Shown here piece by piece: positions 36,021 through 48,348 of a stretch of DNA of 64,000 nucleotides. The DNA is taken from NCBI GenBank assembly GCA_026914245.1, contig CP110440.1, forward strand, positions 1,240,001 to 1,304,000, read 5' to 3'. Position 1 is the first letter of the stretch; each line of letters starts with the position of its first letter. The stretch comes from Puccinia triticina (taxonomy: Eukaryota). The notes beneath the pieces are model-generated. The model worked only from the letters and a program-made list of their open reading frames with translations. It ran no database searches and was not told the origin of the DNA. The translations under genes and the position numbers were made by a program.

Positions 36021-38095
36021 CTCCAAAAGTTTAACGATAATGTGTATGGAGAGGGATGTATGCTACGGGAGTATGTACGTAAAAAGTCGGCCAGCGGCTC
36101 TGCTTGTTTCGAACGCCAATATTTAAAGCGGAGAGCTGAGGGTTGCTGACCTGGAGAAGGACTGTGGCTGCCGCTGCTACTTCCCTGCCCGTCTCTGTTG
36201 GGGCAAGAAGAGGTCTGTTAATTTAAGGTGCTTAGGCTGGAATCAGGAATGGATGCCGGTGGGAAAGAAGTCAAAGCAAGCGCGCAAAAAGTAAAATAAG
36301 ATATCTGTTTATGTAAATGGAAACAGCTGCCTGAAAGCGCGAAAATAGCGAACAGGCACGAGAACAATTAGCAGACGGAGGGAATGTTCTTGGGCCGTGC
36401 GGATGGTGGCTGGGTGCGGATGGACAGCACTGAGCAGGCTGGGTCGGTCGTCTTTCGATGCCGAGTAACCAAGGCGATGTAGATATTTGTACACGAGTAT
36501 GGCCCATATGAGCGCTGGTGCTCCTCCACTTGGGAGAATGAGCTTGCGGGCACTGGTCCATCGAGCAGACAGCTTCAGCCTCGGCTGCTCCGAATCTCAC
36601 CTCCAAATCATTCGACCATGCCGGCCGCTGCCAAGAGTACATAGCCGCTGTCATGGCCTCGGATCAGACCCCACTCCGAGGGCTTCGTCAACCTCCCAGC
36701 TTGTACTGCCAGTCACACCATGACTCCAGGCCTCTCTGCGTACAATGTTGGTAAATTGTATGCATCCCGTCCACATGGTCCAGGCGGCAGTGGCCATGGT
36801 CTGCTTGTTGTTCAATAATCAATTTTCTTTCTGAGAAAGCTGGAAACACTTCAGTATGTGTCCCGCGTGGGATATCCGGTAGATAATCCGGGATATCTCG
36901 CGAGGGACCGCGGATCAAGCCAGATATCTGAAACCCGAGGTTCCGAAACCTGCGGATATGAGCGGATGATATTCCTGGAAGGATGCAGAGGCGCAGCGGA
37001 ATAGACACACGCACACCTAGGGGGTTTTCCCCCCAGTTCCTCTTGATATTCAGGCCATGCGCCAGTTTCCTCTCACCCTACAAGAGAGAGCATGCCTTGC
37101 AAGGGCACCTCCAACAGAAACACAAGGACAAACAACCCCTGCTTGCAGACAAACAATCCCTTAACACCGCGGAGCGAATCAACAAGGCCGTGGCGCCAAT
37201 ACCGCGCCGCCGTATTCTTCAGCCGCCAAGACGCCACATCGACCCCGATTTGCGCCACCATGGTGTACAGGTGACTCGTGGCGATGTGGCGCCCCCACCG
37301 TGCCCGCCTGGGCGCCAGCCAAGGGCGGCCCCGAGGCCCGAGCGAGACCCTCGAGTTCTCAGGCCCCTCAAAATCATGACCTGGCTGAGGGGCCAAGAGA
37401 GAGATGAAGAGCTGGCCCCTAGAAACCATGTACCATTGTACCCGCCACGCACCCACACAGCGGTGTGGGACTTCTCACATGGGAGAATAGAGCTGGCAAG
37501 GGAAATGTATAACTACACTAGTACTAATGTAAGCTACACTAAGGATGCTGATATAAGAGCTGCCTTCCTGACTAATACTGCTGGGGATGAGTGTAACACT
37601 AAGAAAATAAAGGAAGGTGTGGCTTTTCTACTATAATCTTAGACTTACTAGTACTATTAGCTGACTAATTGTACCTGTAGGGTATGAGGAGGAGAGGAGC
37701 AGTAGTGAGGGAAAAGATGAAATGGGATGTGCAAATCTGAATGATATATGCAGGGAGATATATTTCTAGTATGTGTGAAATTGTATAAGATGGGTGAATG
37801 AAGCTGTTATCAAGTTCTGTCCGCAACCACCTCAAAATTTTTAAAATCTACCCCCCCACACCCCCAAATACTAAACACTCCCCTTGCCCCTGACAGAACT
37901 TTTTTGCCCATGCCCACTGGCGACCCCCCCCCCCCCCCCCTTGACCCCCCTCCCGGTATCCGCTCTGGATCAGGTCAGGTTCTCTCGGCCTTGATTCACA
38001 ACCTTCAGGACGCGCATACTGCCAACAACGCGTCGCCCAACATTGTCATGACCTCTGCCTCTGAACCGCGCTGACTGCTTGATGCTTGCCTGCCA

Positions 38096-40291
38096 GTGAC
38101 CAAGCCAACGTTGGCCTCATTCCTCCAATCCCTCCTGGCCCGCCCAGAAAACCAGACCCATGATGGGAAAGTTGTCATGGACACGATGCTTATGTCCTTG
38201 CTGCCACAGCTCCTGGACAGCAAAGCCGAGCAAAAGCGCATGATCCTACAAACAATGGAGGAAATGTGCCAGACCATGCAGGAAATGAAACACGCAATGG
38301 CGGACCTCCGCGAGCTACCGGGACGCGTCACAACCATTGAGGCAGGACAACTTCCGCGCAAACAGCCCGCACCGGTCAAGTCCTACGCTTCAACTGCAGC
38401 CAAGCCAAAAGCCCCACCTCCCCCTCCAACCAAGGCCGAGATGGTTGCGGCCCACCCCGGCCTCACCATCATCCACGCAAGATCCGGAACCGCCCCGCTT
38501 AAGGAAGTTGGCGCAGAAATAACGGTCAGGAAAGTCAACGGGGTACTTGAAAAGATGAACGCAACAGTCCAGGGCAAAAAGGTCTTGGTAAAAGTGGTCC
38601 GATTCCTCCCATCTGGTGATGTTTCTTTCTACTCTAAGAACCGCAAACAGAAGGAATGGCTCAATCAGAACAAACAGGTGCACCCCAACCTTGAGGCATC
38701 ACCGAGTACATACTCCATCCTTGCTCACGGCATCCCCCAAACTCTCAACGTTGACGTGTTGACCATCAAAATTTCCATTGCATCAGACAACGAATTCTTG
38801 GCAGACAAGATCTTCAGGATGAGGTGGTTAGGAGGGTCCAGGGACCCGTTGGACCCTTGTCAAGCCGGTACAGTTGTTATCTCCCTTACAGAACCGTTGG
38901 TAGCTGATCTCTTGGTAAAACAGAGAGGCCTCTTTTTGAATGGGTGCTTCCATAGGGTAGAGCGCTTCAAGAAGCTCCCGCCGCAGTGCTTCAAGTGCTT
39001 GCAAATGGGCCACTTTGGGAAGTGGTGCCGGGCGGACCCCAAATGCGGAAAGTGTGGCAAAAAGCACGAGACACGTGATTGTCAGGATGCGACGACCCCG
39101 GCGAGGAAGATTTGCGTGATCTGCAGAGACGCTGGGAAGGGGAAGGGTGTATGGGAAATTTCAACCAGCGCTCTCTTGTAGAGAGCAGGTTGGACAAGAG
39201 TTAAGGATAATTCTGGATATGAATTACCTTAAGAAGCTAGTTACAATGAATAAAAGTGGAATAGAAGAAGAATAGAAAGAAAGTATTACGTATAATTCAT
39301 GTTTATTTATTTCCACGCTATTGTAGCGGTTTAATACTAGTCTTATGAAGACTGAATTAGCCGGTAAACCTGGCTTCTTCGATAAAAGGTATCAAAGGAA
39401 CAATCAAGATATGTTTCAGATCGTGATAGTTTGTAGTTGTCTAAAGAGCACGACGGGTTATTACTATCAAACCCAGAGATTCGATATTCAATATTAATCA
39501 AGATTAGAAGAAGATGGTATAAGGAAAGTAAAGGGTTCAAGATGGGTTTCAATTATCTATCTATGAGGTAGTCAATAACAGTGACTTACAGCTAAGCGTG
39601 TAATCCACGAATGATTTAGTAGGTCCTCAAACGTTTATGATTTCGGCGAGTTACTATTCAGTGATGTGTTTTAATTGGTCAGTTGGAGTAATCCTAAACG
39701 GAAACTTCTCTAAGGAAATATTACTGAGATTAGACAATTCTAAAGTTGGACCGTTACTAGGTTGTATTCCACTACAAGCCAGTAAAAATGTAACAGTAAG
39801 TCGAGATCAAGTGATGATTTCTTTTTAGTGAATTTTCGGGTGTTCTGGTTAGCTCTGCAGAGCGGCTTCCTTCTCTCAATCACCGGAAGTCATCTCTTTA
39901 CTAGCCGAGTCATGCGTAATCGAAGTCCTCATCTTGCCTAATCTTTGCTCCTGAGTATACTCTGTTTGGACTGCAGCTCAGTGTTTCTTGTTTGTATTGT
40001 TTTGTTTGTTTTATTCTATTGGAGCGCTCGGCGCTTTGCTTAGTTGTAGCACTCGCGCTCAATCTATCATGTTTTACATATTATTCATTTTAACACATTC
40101 TTCATTATCCACTCCCATGGTCCTGGCGCTATCATTTCTTATCTTTGTGTTATACATTTGTGTTATGTTTGAAACCTTTTGGACTTTTATAAAGTCTCTA
40201 AGGTTGACAGGAAACTCACACACCTTTTGATAAGGTGTGTGAGGTCAAACGGGCATGGCTGCTTTCTAAAAATCATCTCCAACATGAATAA
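38096..40291 (+). pseudogene. LINE ORF1 (gag-like, CCHC knuckles), split by the 39159-40209 insertion
   Basis: CFKCLQMGHFGKWC and CGKCGKKHETRDC. Removing the insertion and one TSD restores CVICRD...VWETHTPFDKVCEVKRAW. Confidence 0.85.
39159..40209. mobile_element. LTR-like insertion (solo LTR or two head-to-head LTRs)
   Basis: Termini TTTCAACC...GGTTGACA. 5-bp TSD GGAAA at 39154-39158 and 40210-40214. Non-coding and AT-rich. Confidence 0.8.
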
Positions 40292-42770
40292 TATAAATCC
40301 TATACTAACACATATTTGTCCTAGTAACTCTATTGTAGACTCCTCTCCTTTTGTTTCAAGCAATGAAACCTTTGTGCCCTCTATTATTGTGCAGTTGAAC
40401 TACCACAATAGTTGAGCGACTACTTATAGTATTCTTAACACCAAGCCATACTCAGTGATCTTTCTCATCCTACAGGAACCCTGGATTAACCCACTGACTT
40501 GTTTGCCTCCTGACCACAAAGCGTGGTGGACCTTCTACAGCCCGGAACATCAGCCAAAGGACCTCAAAGACAAGCACCGGGTTGTGTCCTATGTCCGGAA
40601 ATCCATTGCCTCCCAGAACATCACAGTTTTGGGCGGCAACAGTAAGTTCTTTATTGCTCTGGAGACCACGTTGCTAACTGGGACCCGGCTGCGGGTCCTA
40701 AATGTTTATAATCCACCAGGCACAACCACAGGTATTGAACAGCTCCGTGGATGGCTGGAAGGCACAAACAATAGGCGGGTTGCAACAATCATTGGGATGG
40801 ACTCCAACCTCCATCACTGCATGTGGAACCCGCCAGGGTACCACCACGTACACAAAGACGCTAAGTTTCTCATTTCTTTGTGCAGGAGACACGGGTACAG
40901 ACCTGCTTCTGAAAAGGATGCTCCTACTTTTTTGTCCAGCCAGGGGTCAAGGACGACCATTGACCTCACTTGGTCAAATTTCCGAGCCTCACATATGATC
41001 CACGGCGCTAGCACCACCTCGGACAATCACAGGCCTGATCATCAGAAACTCGTCATGACGCTGATACAGGCGCCTCCTGGACCATCCTACCGTTTGATAG
41101 CCCCCAGGCCGACGGACCTGGATTGTGAGAAGCTCCAGAGAAGGGTGGAGACCAGCCTGAGCCAGCTAAGCACCTCATCTCCCGCTTTAGACGTTGACAC
41201 GTTTGAGAGAAGGTTGACTGCCTGCTTGTTTGACGCTTGGCAAAGCCAGGGAAAGAAGGTCTGGATCAACCATGGAAAAGTGAAAAAGTGGTGGGACAAG
41301 GACAAGCTGAGTCCCCTTGTGAAAACCTGGAATAAATGTTGACGGCTTCTGCTGATGGACCCAACACAGGAAAACGCGGACCGCTTCAACTACTGGAATG
41401 GCAAATTCCACGAGGAGGTCAACTTTCTCAAGCAGGATCACTGGAGGAATTTTCTGGCCTCCTCCGATGCAACTACAGTTTATCAGGCCTTCCAGTTCAC
41501 CAAACCCAGGAGTGGGGGGGGGGCGTACTCCCACTGCAAGACCCAAATGGCGTAGTGACCTCAAGCAAGGAGGACCAGGCAAAGTTACTCTTTGCCGGAA
41601 CATCAGTAGGCAACAGCTACTGTGATTTATCGGATATTCCCCCAAGGGAGGCTTCATCCTTTGTAGTGTATCCCTCCATCTCTTGCTCACCCCAAGGAGG
41701 GGTTGGGAGCGGCGGCAGTCTCCAGTGATGGCACGCCGTCCAAGCTTGCCTTTTTAGGTGATCCGGGTACGGCGTCAAACTTTGAATGTGAATTAGTCGG
41801 CATACTATTAGGACTGGAAATAGGAAGCAAGGCCCGACTGCCTAGTGCCGGAGCGCGGATAATTCTGTTGACAGACAGCCAAGCGGCTATTGAAAGATTA
41901 AACTCTCCTAGGGCCCCCAAGCCGGGCCAGTACTTATTATCTCAAATATCCCTCCATCTCTTGCTCACCCCAAGGAGGGGTTGGGAGCGGCGGCAGTCTC
42001 CAGTGACGGCACACTGTCCAAGCTTGCCTTTTTAGGTGCTCCGGGTACGGCGTCAAACTTTGAATGTGAATTAGTCGGCATACTATTAGGACTGGAAATA
42101 GGAAGCAAGGCCCGACTGCCTAGTTCCGGAGCGCGGATAATTCTGTTGACAGACAGCCAAGCGGCTATTGAAAGATTAAACTCTCCTAGGACCCCCAAGC
42201 CGGGCCAGTACTTATTATCTCAAATCCAGGTAGTGGCTGACACCATCCCCCGCTCCACACAGATTTTGATCCGGTGGTGCCCAGGACATGTGGGAATTGC
42301 TGGTAACAAACTGGCGGACAAAAAGGCAGCAGAGGCTTGCAGCCCATTTCTGCTGGACGGGTCAATCAAAGGCAGCATCGCGACAGAGAAGGCAAGGCTG
42401 ATTAGGAAGGAAAGGGTCTGGGGAGGATTGCCAAGGGTGTCCTTCCCTGTTCAGGCCGCTTTTCATCAATTGAGATCAGGTCATTTCCCCTTGAACTCAT
42501 TCCATTTCAAATGCAGGAGGGTGCCATACCCAATCTGCTTATCTTGCAGAGTCCCCGAGACAGTTGATCATTATCTTTTGGCTTGCTCTAGGTACAGCTA
42601 GGCCAGGATGACGGCCAGGCAAATTCTTCTCAAGGAGAGGATCACTGAAATTACAACCAGAACCCTTCTCCACAACGCCAGGGCCCCCAGGGCTACGGAA
42701 GCTTTCATCAAAACATTGGCAAGGCTCCCCTATTTCCGGCGGGCCAACAACACCAAAGGTTCCCACCAAT
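40284..42770 (+). pseudogene. LINE ORF2 remnant: AP endonuclease, RNase H (duplicated) and C-terminal zinc knuckle; no RT
   Basis: IVQLN, LILQEPW, LNVYNPP, GMDSNLHH, TTIDLTW; ECEL, LTDSQAAI, WCPGHVGIAGNKLAD; CLSCRVPETVDHYLLAC. In-frame stops present. Confidence 0.85.
41669..42224 (+). repeat. 278-bp tandem duplication
   Basis: 41669-41946 and 41947-42224 are near-identical. Confidence 0.92.
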
Positions 42771-44577
42771 AACCGCCTGCTTTTCCCGTATTCGACCTCT
42801 TTTTCCGGATCCAACCCCCCTCCCTCTCTCCTTCTCTCTCTTCTCCCTTTTTCTCCTTTTTCCACCCCCTATCTTTTTTTTCTTAGTACTAAATCCCCGC
42901 CAGAATCACTGTCATTCCTTCTCCCTTCTATTTACATTTGTATTGCTTTGTGCGGAAACTTTTGTCTGGTAGATGAATATGCATAGTGTGCAATGTCAAA
43001 TCAATACTGCACTTTAAAAAATAAAAAAAAGAAGAAGCTGTTATCCAATGGTGGGGTGAAAGATGTACTGATAAAGGTAAATCTAATAGTGGAGGTAAAC
43101 AGTCATACAGGGTCTATGGAATAGAAATTGCATGTGGGGATACAACATCTAGAGGGGTGTACAAATGTGAGGAAATAAAACAAGGGGGGAACACATGATG
43201 AGCACAATGTAACAAAGTATGAAGATGAGCAATGATAAAATGTAGTGAATTAATGAAGTGAAGTAATGATGAGCACTAGTAATGTCTATGTAGATCAATG
43301 AGATATGTAAGGATGGGTTGTTATGTGTACTACAATGAATATAGATGATGAAAGCTATGTTATGTATTCAATTTATGTAGCTATGGTGATGATTACTAGA
43401 ATATGGGAAATGTAAGAAGCAAGAAAATTCCAATGAAACTATGAATGCTAATGACTTCTGATCCAATGGGAATTTCAGGGTAGTATGAGTCAGCTACTAG
43501 GGGTGAAATATGGTGTGAAATCTGAATCTGGAATAATAATGATAGGATATGCATGATATGAGAATGGTGATATGAGTGGTAAAAGGGTTAGCACAGTGGT
43601 GCCAGGTGCAGTACTCCTCTAAAAACCCGTCAAAATAAGGGTTTTGGGCCCTAGCACTACAACTGTGCTGATGTAAACACTGGTAATTTAAATTACCAAG
43701 CTTGTTACGTGGCAAATATGGCCACTACAAGGGTTCAAACACTCTGTAACAGAGGAAGGTTTAATTATGTAATTATTAATTACAGGGAATTAAATTGGTG
43801 TAGAAGTAGTTGGTAAGCACTTAAACTGATTGGCTGCTTGACAGAGGCGGAGGTCTTGTGGCAACTACTTAAACTTTTCTGGAAACAAATTCAACTGTCC
43901 AGAGCCAAGTCTACAGGCCACTGAGGGCACTGCCAGCCGTCCTGAGAGAGCCTGCGGAGGCGGGCGCTTTGTGCCCAGGAGGGACTTAGTTAAGTTTGAT
44001 GACTTATTTGTGGTTTGAAATTTGAGGCAGTCATGAGAATCATATTTTTGGGACAGCAGTAATGCTGTCAATTTAAGGGGATCAGTGATGATTTTGCTTA
44101 CCCAGGTGCAATGTTGCAGCTTGCTTGATGAACTGTCCAAAAATGGGAATGGAGACTCCAGAATCATCAGGGAGAAGAATGCTGGCTTTGCAAGCCCAGC
44201 AAGAGAGAGTGACTGCCTGCACCCATCCTCAATACTGTTGTGTTGTTCATCGAGGTCATTTTCTTTGTGAAGAGAAAATTGGGTTATGCAACGTGTTCCG
44301 CCGGACAACGCAGGCGATTGGGAGTTTCCTGAGGACGGCTGCCCGCTCAGCCCAGAGGGCAGGGTGGGCACGTTTGCTACTGGGCGTGGTTGGTGGCGGT
44401 TACAATTGAACAGTCAAACCTTTTTGGGTGGCTCTGTGCGGGGTCCCCGGATCCTCCTCCGTGTACCGAGTACATACATTGTACTCTGATTTGTTCGTGT
44501 TGGCCAACTTTCTCCCAATCGCATCAATCCCCCCGACATCCACATCCTACCATCAGGTCAGAGGAACGGCTCTCTAA

Positions 44578-47280
44578 ATGGGAATCCAAGGCTTACTGCC
44601 GTTCCTAAGATCAATCCAACGCGAATCACATCTCCAACACTGGGCTGGCAAGACTCTGGCCATCGACGGTTACGTCTGGCTCCATCGCGGCGCGTACCAC
44701 TGTGCCCAGGAATTATGTCTAGGAAAGCCGACGACGAAACACGTCGAATACTTCGTGCAGAAGATCGACCTCCTGCGCAGATTCGGTGTCTCGGCATACG
44801 TGGTGTTCGATGGCGACCATCTGCCGAGCAAGAAGCACACAGAGGACGATCGCGCGAACCGGCGGAAGACTGCGTTGATGAACGCCCAGAAATGGCTAGC
44901 CCAGGGCGACCAGAAGAAAGCCCGTGAAGAATTTGTCAAGGCGGTCGATGTCACTCCTCGATTAGCTCACGATGTCATCCTTGCCCTCCGCTCGATGGGT
45001 GTCAAATACGTGGTCGCGCCCTATGAAGCAGATGCGCAGCTACGATACTTGGAGATGCAGGGCGAAGTCGACGCGGTAATCACCGAAGACTCGGATCTCT
45101 TAGTCTATGGGGCTCGGAATGTCCTGTTCAAACTGGATCCATCTGGTAATTGTATTCACATTAGTCGTGACGAATTCAAGCAACTTGAAGATAAACGAAT
45201 GGCTCTATGGAGTGACCAACAGTTCAGACAGATGGCGATGTTGAGTGGATGTGATTATCTAGCTAGCATCCCTGGTCTCGGGATAAAGAAGGCGTATGAC
45301 TTGATAAGAAGACATCAGACAGCTGAGCGGGCAAGTTGATCATCCCCACTAAACTCCGAATCTTCCCACTGCCGCCCCAGTCAACAACTATCCTGACCAT
45401 CTCACCTTTCTAACAGGCCATCAAGGCAACTCGTCTCGATGGCAAACTACCTGTCCCGCTCAAGTACGAGCAAGCCTTCCGCGAAGCCGAGTTGACGTTT
45501 GAACACCAGTTTGTCTACGATCCGACTACCCGAACGATGATCCCTCTCAATCCCCTCCCAGACGTACCGCCTTCCCAAAAATCCCTCGCTGGATGTGGGG
45601 AAAAATGGCCTGATCAGATAGCAATCGATGTCGCGGAAGGACGCGTCGATCCATGCACTAAAGAAGTTTTTTCGGGCAAATCCACTGCACTCAAGCACGT
45701 CTCTCCGCGCTGTCAACCTACAACAAATACTCCCAAGCAGTCGACCTCCAAACGCCCAGCGCTGAATTCTGGGAAACAATCCACCCTCAATCAGTTTGCC
45801 TTCAGTGAGTTTTTTTGGACAGTTGTAAATGACGCACATGCCAGTTTCCTCTACTGAATTACATCGTCAAACCCCGCTTCGTTTTTTTTTTTTTTTTTTT
45901 TGCAAATTTGTTTTACTAGAGTCATCCAATTCCAATTCAAAAGCAGTCTCTTCGACCCCCGCACACCCTTCTATTTCAGACAACCTTCCTAGTCGACAAA
46001 ACACGAAGTCCATTGCTCCAGTCAACGGAAAGCCGAGCAAATTTTTTGAGCTTCAATCTAGTAAACAGCCCGATTTAATTAGCCCGACCCCACCCGAAGC
46101 TGATTCAGCATCACAGGGATACATTGCGACACAGACAACGATCGAGGATCTTGCAGCCGAGGACGCCGTGCCGATGACACAAGAAGGCTGGGATGCAATA
46201 TCGGACATGTCGACCGACGACTCGGTCGGTGTCAAGAGGGAAGATGCCAGAAAAGATATCGAGTTCGAAAAGCTAATCGGAGAAGATTTGCCGTCCAGTC
46301 AGATGCACGACCCATTCATCGCCCCCGCCACGATTCATTCAGTGTCGCGCCCTGAGCTATTCCCATGCAGCAGCTTCAGTCTATCGAGCCAGGAGAACTG
46401 TAAAACATCCCCGGAAATCAAGAATCAAGCCTTTCAAGATAATTCTGATGGTTTCATCAGCACCTCTGAGCCGGATGAAAGTGAGCTGACTATAACCAAA
46501 CCGCAAGTGACGATCATCACGCCTAATAATCATCACTCAACTGCGGCGGTGTTAAACTGTCGGCGCGTTTCTGAGCCTATCTCTCGGCAGACGCGCCAGT
46601 TCCCGATTAGCTCTGATCCGATCTATAGCTCTGATAATGACGAGAATGACCAGACGAAAGTCTTAGAGACTGGGCCCAATCGACGGAAGGCTACCCAATC
46701 CACCAGCCAATCTCATCAACCATCCAAAAGGATTTGTCGCGGGTTTGTGCCCACGCCTTCTTCCAAACTTTCTAAAGCTTCCAAACGGAACGTATCAACA
46801 ACAACAGCCTATGACGAAGAGATCAGCCCTTCGCTCGCAAGAGTCGCCACTGGGATCCGGAACCGGTTCACATTCCAAAAACCTGCTTCATCTTCAGAAA
46901 AAAGACCGCCGATCGGGAAACCGAAATTGTTTGACTTTTCTAAGGACATCGTCGAGCTTAAAAGTCAACTTAATGAGAAAACCAAAGCTCCTCTAAGACC
47001 ATCATCGTCTCATCGCAAGTCCTGCCAACTCCCCACTGGCCCATCGACTGCCTCCTTTATCAACGATGGCCCGACCCCTCGCCCCCCGCAAACCGAGTCC
47101 CACGCTCATCCTGCTCATGATTACATCCCCGTCAAACGCCAAACTGCTTCCAGGAAAACCTCATTCAACAAGATCTCTCCCAGCACCCCCTCATCTGCAG
47201 CACCCTCCACGCGCTCAACCCCCACCGCGTCTAATAAACTCTCCATGTTCATGTTCAGAGGGAACGTTAACCACAACTGA
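44578..47280 (+). CDS. EXO1: Exonuclease 1 (XPG/Rad2 family); exons 44578-45330, 45417-45804, 45920-47280
   Basis: MGIQGLLPFL, AIDGYVWLHRGA, VVFDG, VAPYEADAQL, ITEDSDLLVYG, LSGCDYLASIPGLGIKKA and FEHQFVYDP. Confidence 0.95.
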
Positions 47281-48348
47281 AATCCCATCTCAGATCTCTC
47301 TGGTGTTCTCAACCACACCATCTTCCCATTCACTTCTTGTTTTCCTTTTCCCCTCTCCCCTCCTCGCTCTCCCCATTTTCGATATCCTCTCTTGATGTAT
47401 AGACTAAAAAAACACGCTGTATTCTTTATTTGTGTTTTTGTTCCTTCTGTCAGAGGAAATGGACAACAGTGGTCAGTCAGTTTCTGGTATATCCACGGGA
47501 ACACGGAGGATTCAGAGCACGTCGAACGCATGCACTTGGATATGTCCTCGTCTCCAGTATTATATGTACAAGATGATGGGCGCGAAATGCAGTTATGTGC
47601 GTCATCATGATACCCCCGCGACAGTCCACCATGGTCGCCGCCATTTTTACATAAAATTTCATGGTGATTTTTGAGGGGTGAGAATCGTATAGTAGGATAG
47701 ATCCCTTTACACGTTGACTAGAGAATGGCAAAACATAGTGAAGTGTCCCAGAAGTGAAAATCTTGGATACTAAAAGCTCATATCCACACAGTAGTATCCA
47801 AGAAGAAAACATCTCTGTACTACAGAAAGCCAAGCAAGAAAGTCTTGCACTGTTTCTTGGTGTGTCATCAAAAGCTTTGGTTGGAACCCTCATGTCACAC
47901 CTTGAAATCACTTTAAACCCAAACAAACAAACTGAAATTGATGAGCAGGATATTCTTCTCATACATAGACCAGTAGTTTTCAAAACACACTCTGGGATTG
48001 ATCAACCAATCGACTCTATTGTGAAATTGGGTCCAGTTGGATTGGCTTGTTACCATCATTTAGTCGTATGTGCACCAAGATATCAAAATATGCATGTTAT
48101 CTAGGGATTATACGCAATGCTGTTTGATTGCTCAAGAATACTATAAAATATCAGGGTCAGTTGTTAAGGAAGATAGATGGAATGATGAAGGTGGTCACAT
48201 CTTTTCATGGTTGCGGATCATCTGAAAGTATTGAATATTTTAGATAGCCGAGAGAGTAAGTGAATGAGCCGATTGCTCAGATAAGTATGTAAGTATGGGT
48301 GTATATTTTAGGTTACACATATCAACAAGCAAGTGAACAAAGGACAGA

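Larger units (their letters stand above)
37812..43033 (+). mobile_element. Non-LTR retrotransposon (fungal Tad1-like LINE), internally deleted
   Basis: 12-bp TSD GAAGCTGTTATC at 37800-37811 and 43034-43045. A-rich tail at 43016-43033. ORF1 plus endonuclease and RNase H remnants. Confidence 0.9.
37020..43860 (-). mobile_element. Probable old LTR-retrotransposon remnant (AT-rich) that hosts the LINE insertion
   Basis: Compositionally continuous, CpG-depleted, purine-rich sequence on both sides of the LINE TSD. Boundaries are uncertain. Confidence 0.3.

Noticed and set aside
36860..37000. MITE with GGATATC motifs
   Set aside because: The motifs are suggestive, but I could not identify a TIR or TSD.
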